In this document: one piece after another, positions 8,956-17,932 of the stretch
Numbering within the stretch: the stretch's first letter is position 1
How the letters are laid out: every line of letters begins with the position of its first letter
From: Acholeplasma sp.
Lineage (GTDB): Bacteria > Bacillota_I > Bacilli_A > Acholeplasmatales > UBA5453
Reading direction: 5' to 3'
Assembly: GCA_036677365.1 (NCBI GenBank)
Contig: JAVBWN010000014.1
Location: forward strand, 32,001 to 96,000
Length of the DNA stretch: 64,000 bases
Translations under genes and position numbers: made by a program
Notes under the pieces: model-generated
The model's input: only the letters and a program-made list of their open reading frames with translations
Database searches by the model: none
Told to the model about the DNA's origin: nothing

Positions 8956-9564
8956 TCATAATATTGATAAATAATACCACTTATCATCTAATAATTTGTC
9001 TCTAACATCCTTTGAAAGAGCAACAGATCTATCCGCGTTTGTTCTTTCATCATCTTGCTTAACAGTAATTAAATCAACAGTTTGAATATCCGAGATGAAA
9101 TCTGAGAGTAGCTCGATTTTTGCTTTTTGTGTCAAACTTACAAGACTTAATTCCTTCACCTTATTATTTATTAAACTTAATATATGTTTGTTGGAGGGAT
9201 TATGATCAAAGTGAAAAAATTTTCCAGAAAGCTCTCGCTGTATTGACCCTTTCGAGTTGCTAGAAAACATTGCCCAGTTTCTATCAAGTGTTTTTTTCAA
9301 TATACCTACCCTATCTTCTTCAATGGTAAAGGGTATATTTTTATTCCCTAATTCGATCAACGCTGAACCGCTAATCCTGCTTCGTACAAATCTAGTACTT
9401 AATTTCATCCACGAACCACATAAAGTCGAGTTACCACCTCCACCTTTAAGTAGCTCCATCAAAAATAAATCATCATATTTAGCATTAAATATCTGAAAAT
9501 AAAAAACAGCAGTATTTCTAATCCATACATCCCTAGACATATTACTTGAAATAGTTTTCCCCAT
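8956..9564 (-). CDS. Hypothetical protein coupled to the R-M operon, possible His-Me-finger-like nuclease
   Basis: Start overlaps the upstream stop; FHFDHNP...DLITVKQDD resembles EHxxP...ITxxED HNH variants (weak). Confidence 0.55.
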   Translation of the reverse strand: MGKTISSNMSRDVWIRNTAVFYFQIFNAKYDDLFLMELLKGGGGNSTLCGSWMKLSTRFVRSRISGSALIELGNKNIPFTIEEDRVGILKKTLDRNWAMFSSNSKGSIQRELSGKFFHFDHNPSNKHILSLINNKVKELSLVSLTQKAKIELLSDFISDIQTVDLITVKQDDERTNADRSVALSKDVRDKLLDDKWYYLSIL

Positions 9565-10727
9565 TAATTTAACTCCTTATGTATACTTGATAATCTTGAC
9601 TTATTTAAAACAGTGTATACATGCATGGATATAGTCGGTTTCTTTTGACGAACTTTAGAAAACTCAAATGTAACATAACCTGCACTAATCTTAACATCGT
9701 TAATTTTAAGAAAGTATAAACTGTTAATGTCATACCGAGTAATTTTCGTCATTCCTCTTCCCTTTTTCTCATTGCTAGCATTATAAAGCATGGAAACCAT
9801 AACCCCATCAAATTTAGCACCTTGTGCATTTAAAACTAGTTTCAAATTATCAGGAGTGAAAACTGGATAATTATTTCTTCCAGCCATCCTAATTTCTGAA
9901 CCGGAAATATCAATGTTATCAAGCAAATGGGTAGAAGGTAAAGCGAAGATTTTACTGGAGTCTTGTAACAAATATAAATCTAGTTTCTTGGTTCTATATG
10001 TCGCAGATACCAATTCATCGGCAGTATCTTTATCAATTTCATTTCCGATTTTATAATTTGATCCGGCCATTTTATAAACATCTGTTACAGTATTGAATTT
10101 TTCTATGTACTTTAAAAATCCTGGTAACTCAGTCTTGATTTTTTCTGAAGGGATGAGCTTTCCATCTTCTTTGTAATCTAAATCATACTCTCCCATTTTG
10201 GCTTTTGAATCTTTAATCTCTAATCTAATTCTATAACCTTCATTAACGAATATTGCATCAATAGAGGATGAATCTCCATATTGAAGCAAAACTACACCAG
10301 ATTTTGAACCATGGTAAATATATCGTGGGAACTGACCTTCAAGTTCTCCACCTTTTGCTTTAATCAATGAAGTCAAAAGATGTGTAGGCACATTATCACG
10401 ATTATCGTCAGCATCAATAAAATATTCTAATTCTAACAGGTTTGCAACTGTCTGTATAACAAAGCATTCATTTAATATAGCAGGTTGTAATGCTTGCTGC
10501 TTTGAAAATTGCTTAGCAAACTCTGCTTGTGCAGCATTTGATACCTCCAGTGTTTTTTTTAATGATGATAATTCATTGATAAATGAATCGTAATCTGAAT
10601 ACAGTTGGAAATTTTCCTTATAAAAAACGTCTAATTTTCTAATGTTTGATTTAGAAGCCACTAACTTAGTTAACTTCCCATCATTATATATTTTGTTGAA
10701 TAGTAGAACTAACGCTTTATTCGTCAT
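9564..10727 (-). CDS. Putative type II restriction endonuclease, PD-(D/E)XK fold
   Basis: Overlaps the methylase stop; E...SIDAIF...RLEIKD catalytic-like motif. Confidence 0.6.
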   Translation of the reverse strand: MTNKALVLLFNKIYNDGKLTKLVASKSNIRKLDVFYKENFQLYSDYDSFINELSSLKKTLEVSNAAQAEFAKQFSKQQALQPAILNECFVIQTVANLLELEYFIDADDNRDNVPTHLLTSLIKAKGGELEGQFPRYIYHGSKSGVVLLQYGDSSSIDAIFVNEGYRIRLEIKDSKAKMGEYDLDYKEDGKLIPSEKIKTELPGFLKYIEKFNTVTDVYKMAGSNYKIGNEIDKDTADELVSATYRTKKLDLYLLQDSSKIFALPSTHLLDNIDISGSEIRMAGRNNYPVFTPDNLKLVLNAQGAKFDGVMVSMLYNASNEKKGRGMTKITRYDINSLYFLKINDVKISAGYVTFEFSKVRQKKPTISMHVYTVLNKSRLSSIHKELN

Positions 10728-12276
10728 GGCTCACCTCATAGTTTTTATGAAGTAGTTCCATGTCTTTCGCATACTTAGGAAACAATACCTCATTTATTTT
10801 GAGTCGATATTCTTCAGGGAACTTAATACTCTCTTGTTGTTCTCCTGCGTTTAATTTGTATGAAACATAGTCAGATTCCTTATCAATCATTGAAGCAATT
10901 GTATCTTCAATTTCTATTATTTTTTCAAACAATTCCTCATGATATGGTATAGAATAAAGTATTCGTTTCGAAAAGAGAATACCGCCATCTGAGAAACGCC
11001 ACCACATGTATGCGTAACTTGAGTTTAACAAAGAATATAACAAATCAAACGAAGCTTCATTCTTAGCATATATTATGAAGTATCCTTTTCTGTTTAAGGA
11101 TTTTTTACTAGCAAGTGTAAAATATCTTGCCGAAGTAGAGACGTACAACTTATAATCATTACTTTGAAGTAATGGCTCAAATTGAATAAGATCAGACAAG
11201 TATTTCACATCACCATGACTAATCTCATTTACCATTGGTTCAAGTTCTCTAAATGCTTTAATTGGTCGATCTAGCATTTGGACATTGGATCCTAATTTAC
11301 TTCTTAAAAACTCCAAATTTATAACTTCAAATCTTTGATCAGTTCTAAATCTAATAAGGTGTGTCAATTTAAACCCATTATGACCATTTCTCTTTAAGGA
11401 TGTAATTGAAGCTCTAACACCATTTGCTGAGTTTGTGTTAAATATACCATGCTTTTTTCCACTAAATAACGTTCCTGGAACATTATCAAATGAAAATATC
11501 TCACCATAGAAATTATCTGATAGTTTTGATCTAAGTTTTGAGAATTTAGCAGCAACAAGATACGACTGGGGAGATACTATAACTGCATTTTCACAATAAT
11601 TGATAATCTTGTTCATAAATGCCGCATACAAGTCCTTTGCTTGAAGTAATACATCGTCCACATTCCATGACTTATTAAATTGCTTAATCAATGCATATGG
11701 TGGATTAGTTATCACAGATACTCCTGCTGGAAGTGACACTCTTTTATCTAGGAAATCTGCATGTACAACATTTATTTTATGTGAGACTTCAACTTCGAGT
11801 AAAATATCTATCTTTTTCAAACATATATTTAACGCAATACCATCAGCGTCATATAGATATAATTTACCATCCATAATAAAATCAATCGGATCGATTCCTT
11901 TTGTATCTTTAAGCATACTTAGAACCTGTATGATTAGGTTTCCTGTACCACAACCAACATCTGCTATTGTTAGGATTTTGTTTTCTAATAATAACCTAGA
12001 CATGACAAGACTAACATCTTTTGGTGTATAGTATTTCCCCATATCCTTTTTCGAAATTTTATTTGTGTGTGCTAGTCCAATTTCATACAGTTCTCCGAGG
12101 TTATCAAAATCTAAGAGGACATTTTTGGACAACTCTACGATTCGTTTATCAGTTAGAAAACTTAGTATAACTTCCCAAGTTTTTGTCAATCCAATTTCAT
12201 CTATCATTTTCAAATAGTGGTCGATAGTAAAGGTGTTGATATTTATTTTTTGATTTGGTTTGACTGTTTTGCTCAT
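10717..12276 (-). CDS. N6-adenine DNA methyltransferase, gamma class
   Basis: GKYYTP, DVGCGTGNL motif I, ITNPPY motif IV, LLNSSY in the C-terminal TRD region. Confidence 0.9.
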   Translation of the reverse strand: MSKTVKPNQKININTFTIDHYLKMIDEIGLTKTWEVILSFLTDKRIVELSKNVLLDFDNLGELYEIGLAHTNKISKKDMGKYYTPKDVSLVMSRLLLENKILTIADVGCGTGNLIIQVLSMLKDTKGIDPIDFIMDGKLYLYDADGIALNICLKKIDILLEVEVSHKINVVHADFLDKRVSLPAGVSVITNPPYALIKQFNKSWNVDDVLLQAKDLYAAFMNKIINYCENAVIVSPQSYLVAAKFSKLRSKLSDNFYGEIFSFDNVPGTLFSGKKHGIFNTNSANGVRASITSLKRNGHNGFKLTHLIRFRTDQRFEVINLEFLRSKLGSNVQMLDRPIKAFRELEPMVNEISHGDVKYLSDLIQFEPLLQSNDYKLYVSTSARYFTLASKKSLNRKGYFIIYAKNEASFDLLYSLLNSSYAYMWWRFSDGGILFSKRILYSIPYHEELFEKIIEIEDTIASMIDKESDYVSYKLNAGEQQESIKFPEEYRLKINEVLFPKYAKDMELLHKNYEVSHDE

Positions 12277-12542
12277 ATTAAACCCACCTTCCCTTTATAA
12301 TCTTTACATTTAATTCATTATCATTTAGCCAACTTTTATTACAACAATATAAGTAGAATATATATAATTATATATATGCTGTCATCAATTAGATTTTATC
12401 ACAGAACCGTAGAATTTGCTATTTTTGTGTTCGAGTGTAATCGCTTAAACTATCAATGCACTATTCGAAACATAATCATGAGAATTCCGAATTCTAAAAT
12501 CTGTAAATGAACATACTCAATAATTACATTAATTTTTATATT

Positions 12543-12636
12543 CTACTCGATTTTTCCACTATTTACCACTCTTTCAACTAGTTGAAAAGGGTATCGATTT
12601 TCCTATTTAAGACATCATAAACATGCATTATTGATT
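12543..12636. repeat. Cassette-boundary repeat, copy D (core 12598-12636)
   Basis: ctactcgatttttccacta, then a 16 bp palindrome tttcaactagttgaaa, then core ttttcctatttaagacatcataaacatgcattattgatt. Confidence 0.9.
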
Positions 12637-12741
12637 AGATAAATTGTATCACAAAAGCCCTTGTAATTCTACCTTTAATTAAAATTAAAGCACCTTAAAG
12701 TTTATGATCACTCATCTTCATCAGAGACATCAATATTCAAC

Positions 12742-13242
12742 TTATTCAATATTCGGATACATTTCATAGTAACTATCAACGAAATCTTCAATATTTTTGA
12801 ATTCGTTAATAAACTTTTCATAGAGTTCTAAGGCGAATCCTTCTGCTTGTTGTTCTAATAGGTGTGTACCCCATTTATCACTTGAATCATCGTAGTTTTC
12901 GGCTTTAAATTCATGAATCATTTGAGTCATTTCATCCTCTGTGAATAGGTTATTTTTAACTCCCATACCATATCCAATCACAGCTGAGTATTGAACTGAA
13001 TGAAATGTTTCATGGAATGCACATTTGATGATTCTATCAGTCTGTGCAGTTCTAAGCCATTCACGATTGTACCGAATAACAAACATTTCCTTTTCGAAAA
13101 GACCTGAGTGATTGATTGACTTAAACATATCTCCATCGTTAATGAACACCCATAGTGCATCATCTACTTTCAAAAATTTTCTGGCAAAGTTGGTTGCTGC
13201 TATAACGAGTTTTTCATTTAAACTCCCATCACAATTATTCAT
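12742..13242 (-). CDS. HExxH zinc metallopeptidase-like protein (ImmA/IrrE-like)
   Basis: AFHETFHSVQ plus downstream EQQAEGFA; own TATAAT and GGAGG RBS. Confidence 0.65.
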   Translation of the reverse strand: MNNCDGSLNEKLVIAATNFARKFLKVDDALWVFINDGDMFKSINHSGLFEKEMFVIRYNREWLRTAQTDRIIKCAFHETFHSVQYSAVIGYGMGVKNNLFTEDEMTQMIHEFKAENYDDSSDKWGTHLLEQQAEGFALELYEKFINEFKNIEDFVDSYYEMYPNIE

Positions 13243-13401
13243 GTAATCACTCCTCCAATTACAGATGATTATACTACATGTTTTACTGAATTCAATTAAA
13301 ACTCATACGTTTTTATTCTCCAAAAATAATGTTTATAAAAGTCACTCTTAAAATCGGTTTTATCATAGATAAGTCATCACATTTGATAAAATATTTACTA
13401 C

Positions 13402-14487
13402 TCATCTGACAGAACACTTCTTATCAAATGTTTGTCTTAACTGCATCATTTCTTCGTTGTAACGTGCCAGGTAGTGTTCTTTACAATAGAGTTGTTGTTT
13501 CACTTCATCAATCGGAAACATCGCAATCGATTCTTTCTTTAGTTTTGCCTGGATTGTCTCATTTAATTTTAAGAGTTCTTTGAGCTCAGATGAGTTACTC
13601 CATTCAATACTTCGTTGATTCTTCTTGATTGCATTTGTTAAATACCCTAGTTTGTTATTGATCTTTGATTTATCTGTTTGGGATAGTTTTCTAAACTGGA
13701 ATAGAAAGTACTGAACGTGTTTCTTCAGTTCATCAAACTCATACGTTGTTTTTAAATAATTATCAAAGAAAGCATTCGTAGCTAATAGATTATCCATATC
13801 TCCTTCTTCAAGGTATTTAGAGTATACCAAGTATTTTGTTAATATATGAGACTTTGAAAACTCTTCATGCCACTGATTGGTTTTCAAATTTTCTAAAAAA
13901 TCATTGATTATTGATTCACTTGAAAAAGTGACTTTATCATATTTATCATATTTATCATTTCTATCATTTTGATCGATTGATTTGATATCTATTTTATTAT
14001 CTCTATACTCTATACTCTTATCTCTTAACTCTGGGGGGAAATTTCCGTGGACAATAGCGTGGACTTTTTCCACGCTATTGTCCATCAATTGTTTTTCCTT
14101 TTGCTTTCGTTTTACTTCTGCCCAACCGGTTTCTGAACCGACTAGTTTATCAAATCCTGTTATGCAAATAATGTTTGATTCATCTTCGTAAAGCAAACCT
14201 AGTTTCATCAACATATCTATCGCAACTCGAATGGTATCAATCTTAAAGAACATGAGTTCCTGGGTAATAGTTGTTAAATCATATATTAGTTCCATCTCAT
14301 TTACTTTTTGGATGAGTCTTCCATTGGAGTTGATTGATAACATGATAAGGTAAACATATATGCTAAAATACCAACCACCATCTGGTTGGCGCATTAGCAG
14401 CTTCATTTCCTTAGATTGCATCAGGTCCTGGCGGAGTTTGATCCAATAATATATTTCATTTCTTTTATCATTTCTCATAGATACCAC
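13402..14487 (-). CDS. Phage replication initiator with replisome organiser N-terminal domain
   Basis: YYWIKLRQDLMQSKEMKLLMRQPDG...YL...LVGSET; central low-complexity repeat linker. Confidence 0.85.
   Translation of the reverse strand: MVSMRNDKRNEIYYWIKLRQDLMQSKEMKLLMRQPDGGWYFSIYVYLIMLSINSNGRLIQKVNEMELIYDLTTITQELMFFKIDTIRVAIDMLMKLGLLYEDESNIICITGFDKLVGSETGWAEVKRKQKEKQLMDNSVEKVHAIVHGNFPPELRDKSIEYRDNKIDIKSIDQNDRNDKYDKYDKVTFSSESIINDFLENLKTNQWHEEFSKSHILTKYLVYSKYLEEGDMDNLLATNAFFDNYLKTTYEFDELKKHVQYFLFQFRKLSQTDKSKINNKLGYLTNAIKKNQRSIEWSNSSELKELLKLNETIQAKLKKESIAMFPIDEVKQQLYCKEHYLARYNEEMMQLRQTFDKKCSVR
14048..14084. repeat. Perfect 16 bp inverted repeat inside the rep gene, candidate phage origin
   Basis: tggacaatagcgtgga-ctttt-tccacgctattgtcca, next to tttatcat tandem repeats at about 13933-13968. 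Confidence 0.75.
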
Positions 14488-14513
14488 CTTGAACCAAATT
14501 GATTAATACACGA

Positions 14514-15668
14514 TTAAACACCATGTTTGAATAATTCCTTAAATATTTCACAAAGCACATCGATGACGATACCATTACCAGCAAATGTGTACAGTCTAGC
14601 ATCTGAGAACTTATCTATAATTAAGTCGATTCTATCATCTGTCCAACCCATCAATCTTAATGATTCTCTTGGTGTGATACGTCGTATCATTAAGGCTTTA
14701 TCTCTTTCGACAATAACTCCTAAATCACTGACTGTCCTTTTTATAGTTTGAATCTTTCCTTTTTGGACACACCCACGCTTTTGATGTGGACGGTTAATAT
14801 AGATGCCATCACCTAAATAAGCCTCCTTATAGCCCTTTAGCGTTGCTTCTGGAACGATAACGTAATTGTCTGTTGGTGTTGATCCTTTTCTTGTTGTAAT
14901 GGTAAATGCGTATCTACTCTTAGCGGTGTCATGTGGTTTAAACCTATTGCCTCTAATGAAACCATTTCTATCTGTTGGATCCGTGCAATATAGCAAGAAT
15001 GCTTCGCTTATGAAATACTTCTCATCTACTACTGGCTCAAGATAATCGATAAGATTTTTCTCAAGTGGAAATGCATTTGGAAATTCAAACTCAAAACTTG
15101 GATTCAATATAGAAACCAGGAATACTCGGTTTCTTGTTTGTGGTATACCATAATCTTTAGCATTTAGCTGTTTCCAGTAATTCTTATATCCTAATGCTTC
15201 TAAAAACCCTAACCACTCATTAAAACTATGAATGAATTTCTTAGATACAAGCATAGGTACATTTTCCATAAATAGATACTTTGGCAATTCATTTAATTCT
15301 TTTGACTTCATCAGTAATCTTTCAACTTCCCAAAGCAGCGATGATGCTGTATTTGAATTTCGATCCATTCCTTTCATTGAGCCTGCTAACGATATATCCG
15401 TACATGGAGCTGAATAGCACCATAAATCTGCTTGCGGAAGTCTTTCAACATTCGCAATATCCCCATAGTTTGGTATATTACCATGAAGGATTTTATGTGC
15501 TTCAATAGCATACTTATTTATTTCTGAAATACCCATCAGTTCGTGTTCAACGTTGTTTCTTCTCAAAGCTTCTGCATATCCACCAATGCCAGAAAAAAGT
15601 TCAACAACAGTCAAGTTTTGGATTCGCTTAAAAACAGGTGAATAATCACCATTTTTTATTGTATTCAT
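14514..15668 (-). CDS. dcm: DNA (cytosine-5)-methyltransferase, orphan phage type
   Basis: ELFSGIGG, SAPC, ENV, PQTRNRVF and terminal AGNGI motifs. Confidence 0.92.
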   Translation of the reverse strand: MNTIKNGDYSPVFKRIQNLTVVELFSGIGGYAEALRRNNVEHELMGISEINKYAIEAHKILHGNIPNYGDIANVERLPQADLWCYSAPCTDISLAGSMKGMDRNSNTASSLLWEVERLLMKSKELNELPKYLFMENVPMLVSKKFIHSFNEWLGFLEALGYKNYWKQLNAKDYGIPQTRNRVFLVSILNPSFEFEFPNAFPLEKNLIDYLEPVVDEKYFISEAFLLYCTDPTDRNGFIRGNRFKPHDTAKSRYAFTITTRKGSTPTDNYVIVPEATLKGYKEAYLGDGIYINRPHQKRGCVQKGKIQTIKRTVSDLGVIVERDKALMIRRITPRESLRLMGWTDDRIDLIIDKFSDARLYTFAGNGIVIDVLCEIFKELFKHGV

Positions 15669-15682
15669 AGATGTAATTTCCC

Positions 15683-15886
15683 CTATTTATTTTTTAATGT
15701 ATCGATTGGTTTTTCTTTGACTTTAATCTCTTTTAATGTTAAAAACTTTTCTAGAGATTCTTCAGTTACCCTTAACTGATTCCCAAGTCTAATTGCTTTT
15801 AATTCTCCAGTGGCGATATACTTATTAATGGTTTTACGTGAGACGGACAACATCTCACATACTTCAAATACGCTATATATTTTCAT
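15683..15886 (-). CDS. Excisionase-family HTH protein
   Basis: YSVFEVCEMLSVSRKTINKYIATGELKAIRLGNQLRV. Confidence 0.85.
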   Translation of the reverse strand: MKIYSVFEVCEMLSVSRKTINKYIATGELKAIRLGNQLRVTEESLEKFLTLKEIKVKEKPIDTLKNK

Positions 15887-16626
15887 GATCTTTTAGTTTT
15901 CCCATTTGCTTTCTCCAAAATTTCGTTGATATATCGGATACCTTTATCCGAGACAACGATTTGTGTTGTTTTCTTTTCTTTGTCTCCGATTTGGCTAATC
16001 CATGTGAAGTATCTGAAGCAACCATTCTCCACTAGACTTGCGGTTGGACGACAAAACTCATCAATGGCACCACTTTGCCTAAGATGACCTAATAATTGAG
16101 TATATGTAGTTTTGTACTTAAGTTTTTCATGCACTCTACGTAACGGAACCATCGAAGTGTTATCTGTAAACTCAAAGTAGAGCTTAGCACCTTCTTTTAA
16201 TTCTTCGAGTTGACCTTCTAAGACATTGATCTTTCTGGTTTTTTTCTCGAAACTAGATATCAATTCATCTTGTTCTTCTTGTGGTAAAATCATCCCTTTA
16301 GTATAACCACAGTAGGAAGTCTTCATATCGCTAATAATTGTTAGGATTGATTTTGCATAGTACTCTGCATCTTTTAACTTGGAGAAGTTTTTTATGACTT
16401 CAATATCCTCTTCGGCTACACCAGCTAATTTTTTAACATTTGCACCAAACTTAACATCAAAATAGTTAAGATTTCCCCTATACTTCTCAGGCAAATCTTT
16501 GATTTCCACATCAAATAATTTTTTCATATCATTGAGTTCAATAAAATAACAATGTAGTTTTTCGCTAAATATGATTCGTACGGTTTTGCCATTATAAACC
16601 GTGACCGTGAATACTTTATTTTTCAT
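15883..16626 (-). CDS. Phage antirepressor-like protein with KilAC-type C-terminus
   Basis: C-terminal LLGHLRQSG...PT..LVENGCF...TTQIVVSDKGIRYI; start set at ATG 16626 after an AGGAAGG RBS. Confidence 0.7.
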   Translation of the reverse strand: MKNKVFTVTVYNGKTVRIIFSEKLHCYFIELNDMKKLFDVEIKDLPEKYRGNLNYFDVKFGANVKKLAGVAEEDIEVIKNFSKLKDAEYYAKSILTIISDMKTSYCGYTKGMILPQEEQDELISSFEKKTRKINVLEGQLEELKEGAKLYFEFTDNTSMVPLRRVHEKLKYKTTYTQLLGHLRQSGAIDEFCRPTASLVENGCFRYFTWISQIGDKEKKTTQIVVSDKGIRYINEILEKANGKTKRS

Positions 16627-17560
16627 GTCTACCTTCCTTTTTGGTCTTAAGTATTGCATTTGAGACTAGTTCATTTGTACCTGATTTCATTTTTTCTACT
16701 AAATGTGAGTAAATCTGTGTGCTTGTAATGCTGGAATGTCTTAGAGATTCTTTAACTTCCAATATGGATGCGCCTTGGATAAGGGATAGTGTGGCAAATG
16801 AATGCCTAGTTGAGTGAGCAGAGAATGCTCTACTATCTAGACCTATGGAACGAAAAGCATCTTTAACCATAGTCCTAATAACAGCTGTCTTCATACGAAT
16901 CTCTTGACCGCTACGACGGTATGTTGTAAATAGTGGATTATTGCGGTCGTCTAAATTGGTATTATCTCTAGTTTCTAGATAGGCAAGTAGTATTTCGTAA
17001 ACATCATCTGTAAGTTTAACAAAATTATCCTTGTCATCTCTACCTTTTCCTTGGATGTATAAAACATAACCATTACCTATGACATCAATATCTTCAATGT
17101 CAGCTCGTTCCACTTCAATTGCTCTCAATCCTGTTGTAAAAAGTAATGCGAGAATAGCTAGATTCCGTTTCCCTTTAACTGTGTTGACTTTTTTTCGAGC
17201 ATTATGAATCACTTTTCTTATATCTTCCTCAGTTAATGGTTGTCTTTTATAAGTTGTTGCTACTTTTACACCTTTAACTGCATAAGTGATATCATCATCA
17301 ATTCCGTTTAATTTTAGATATCTATAAAATCCACGAAGAACAACAAGTGATTTTTGGATAGATGATGAAGATAACTTCTTTTTAACTAGATAATCCTTAT
17401 ACGCTAGAATCACATTCCTATTTGGGTTAGTTATGTTATACGTTTCTAGATAATCTTGATAAGCATGAAGTGACTTTCGATATGATTCCTTAGATATCTC
17501 TTTTAAGTCTAGGAACGAGATGTACTCTGAAATTTTCTCATTTAGATCATAGTTCATCAT
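16616..17560 (-). CDS. Tyrosine recombinase, XerC/D-like (314 aa)
   Basis: TGLRAIE (R), GKG (K), HSTRH (HxxR), LRHSSITSTQIY (H, Y); short N-terminal core-binding domain. Confidence 0.92.
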   Translation of the reverse strand: MMNYDLNEKISEYISFLDLKEISKESYRKSLHAYQDYLETYNITNPNRNVILAYKDYLVKKKLSSSSIQKSLVVLRGFYRYLKLNGIDDDITYAVKGVKVATTYKRQPLTEEDIRKVIHNARKKVNTVKGKRNLAILALLFTTGLRAIEVERADIEDIDVIGNGYVLYIQGKGRDDKDNFVKLTDDVYEILLAYLETRDNTNLDDRNNPLFTTYRRSGQEIRMKTAVIRTMVKDAFRSIGLDSRAFSAHSTRHSFATLSLIQGASILEVKESLRHSSITSTQIYSHLVEKMKSGTNELVSNAILKTKKEGRHEK

Positions 17561-17852
17561 CCATCACCCATCTACTTTCTCTTCTTATACCTAAATTTCT
17601 TCGCTCTTTTTGATATTCGAGTTCTCCTTTACAGAGGGTTTCAAAGTCTGTATTTAGGATGTTTGCTAAATCATTTAAGAACACAACATCCATCCGATGA
17701 CCTTTAATACCTTGTTCGATTTGGTAGTAATATGGTTTTGACAACAACATATTATTTGTAACCTCATAAATCGATAATTTTGCATTTTTTCGTAACTCAT
17801 ACAAATACATCCTTAAGTGGGGTCTTTGTTTTGCTTTATTGGTTTCATTCAC
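17547..17852 (-). CDS. Cro-like XRE HTH regulator
   Basis: YLYELRKNAKLSIYEV...YYYQIEQG; GTG at 17852 after an AGGAGG RBS; divergent from the repressor. Confidence 0.75.
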   Translation of the reverse strand: MNETNKAKQRPHLRMYLYELRKNAKLSIYEVTNNMLLSKPYYYQIEQGIKGHRMDVVFLNDLANILNTDFETLCKGELEYQKERRNLGIRRESRWVMDDEL

Positions 17853-17932
17853 AACACATCTCCTCCTGGTTGTGATAATTCTAACAAGCAAATAAAGAAT
17901 TCCTTGATGTAGGAAAAACAAGGATTTTAAAC

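Noticed and set aside
2077..12636. Repeated 39 bp cores read as a CRISPR array
   Set aside because: Copies are separated by whole genes (about 0.8-4 kb), are not identical, and no cas genes are present in the window.
2077..12636. Repeat core read as a conserved mini-peptide (minus strand gives VY[E/D]V in one frame)
   Set aside because: No consistent start codon or RBS, stops follow at different positions, and the variable block matches a dyad spacer rather than codon wobble.
16616..17560. Calling the tyrosine recombinase an integron integrase (IntI)
   Set aside because: No evident IntI-specific insertion, and the repeats lack canonical RYYYAAC...GTTRRRY attC hairpins.
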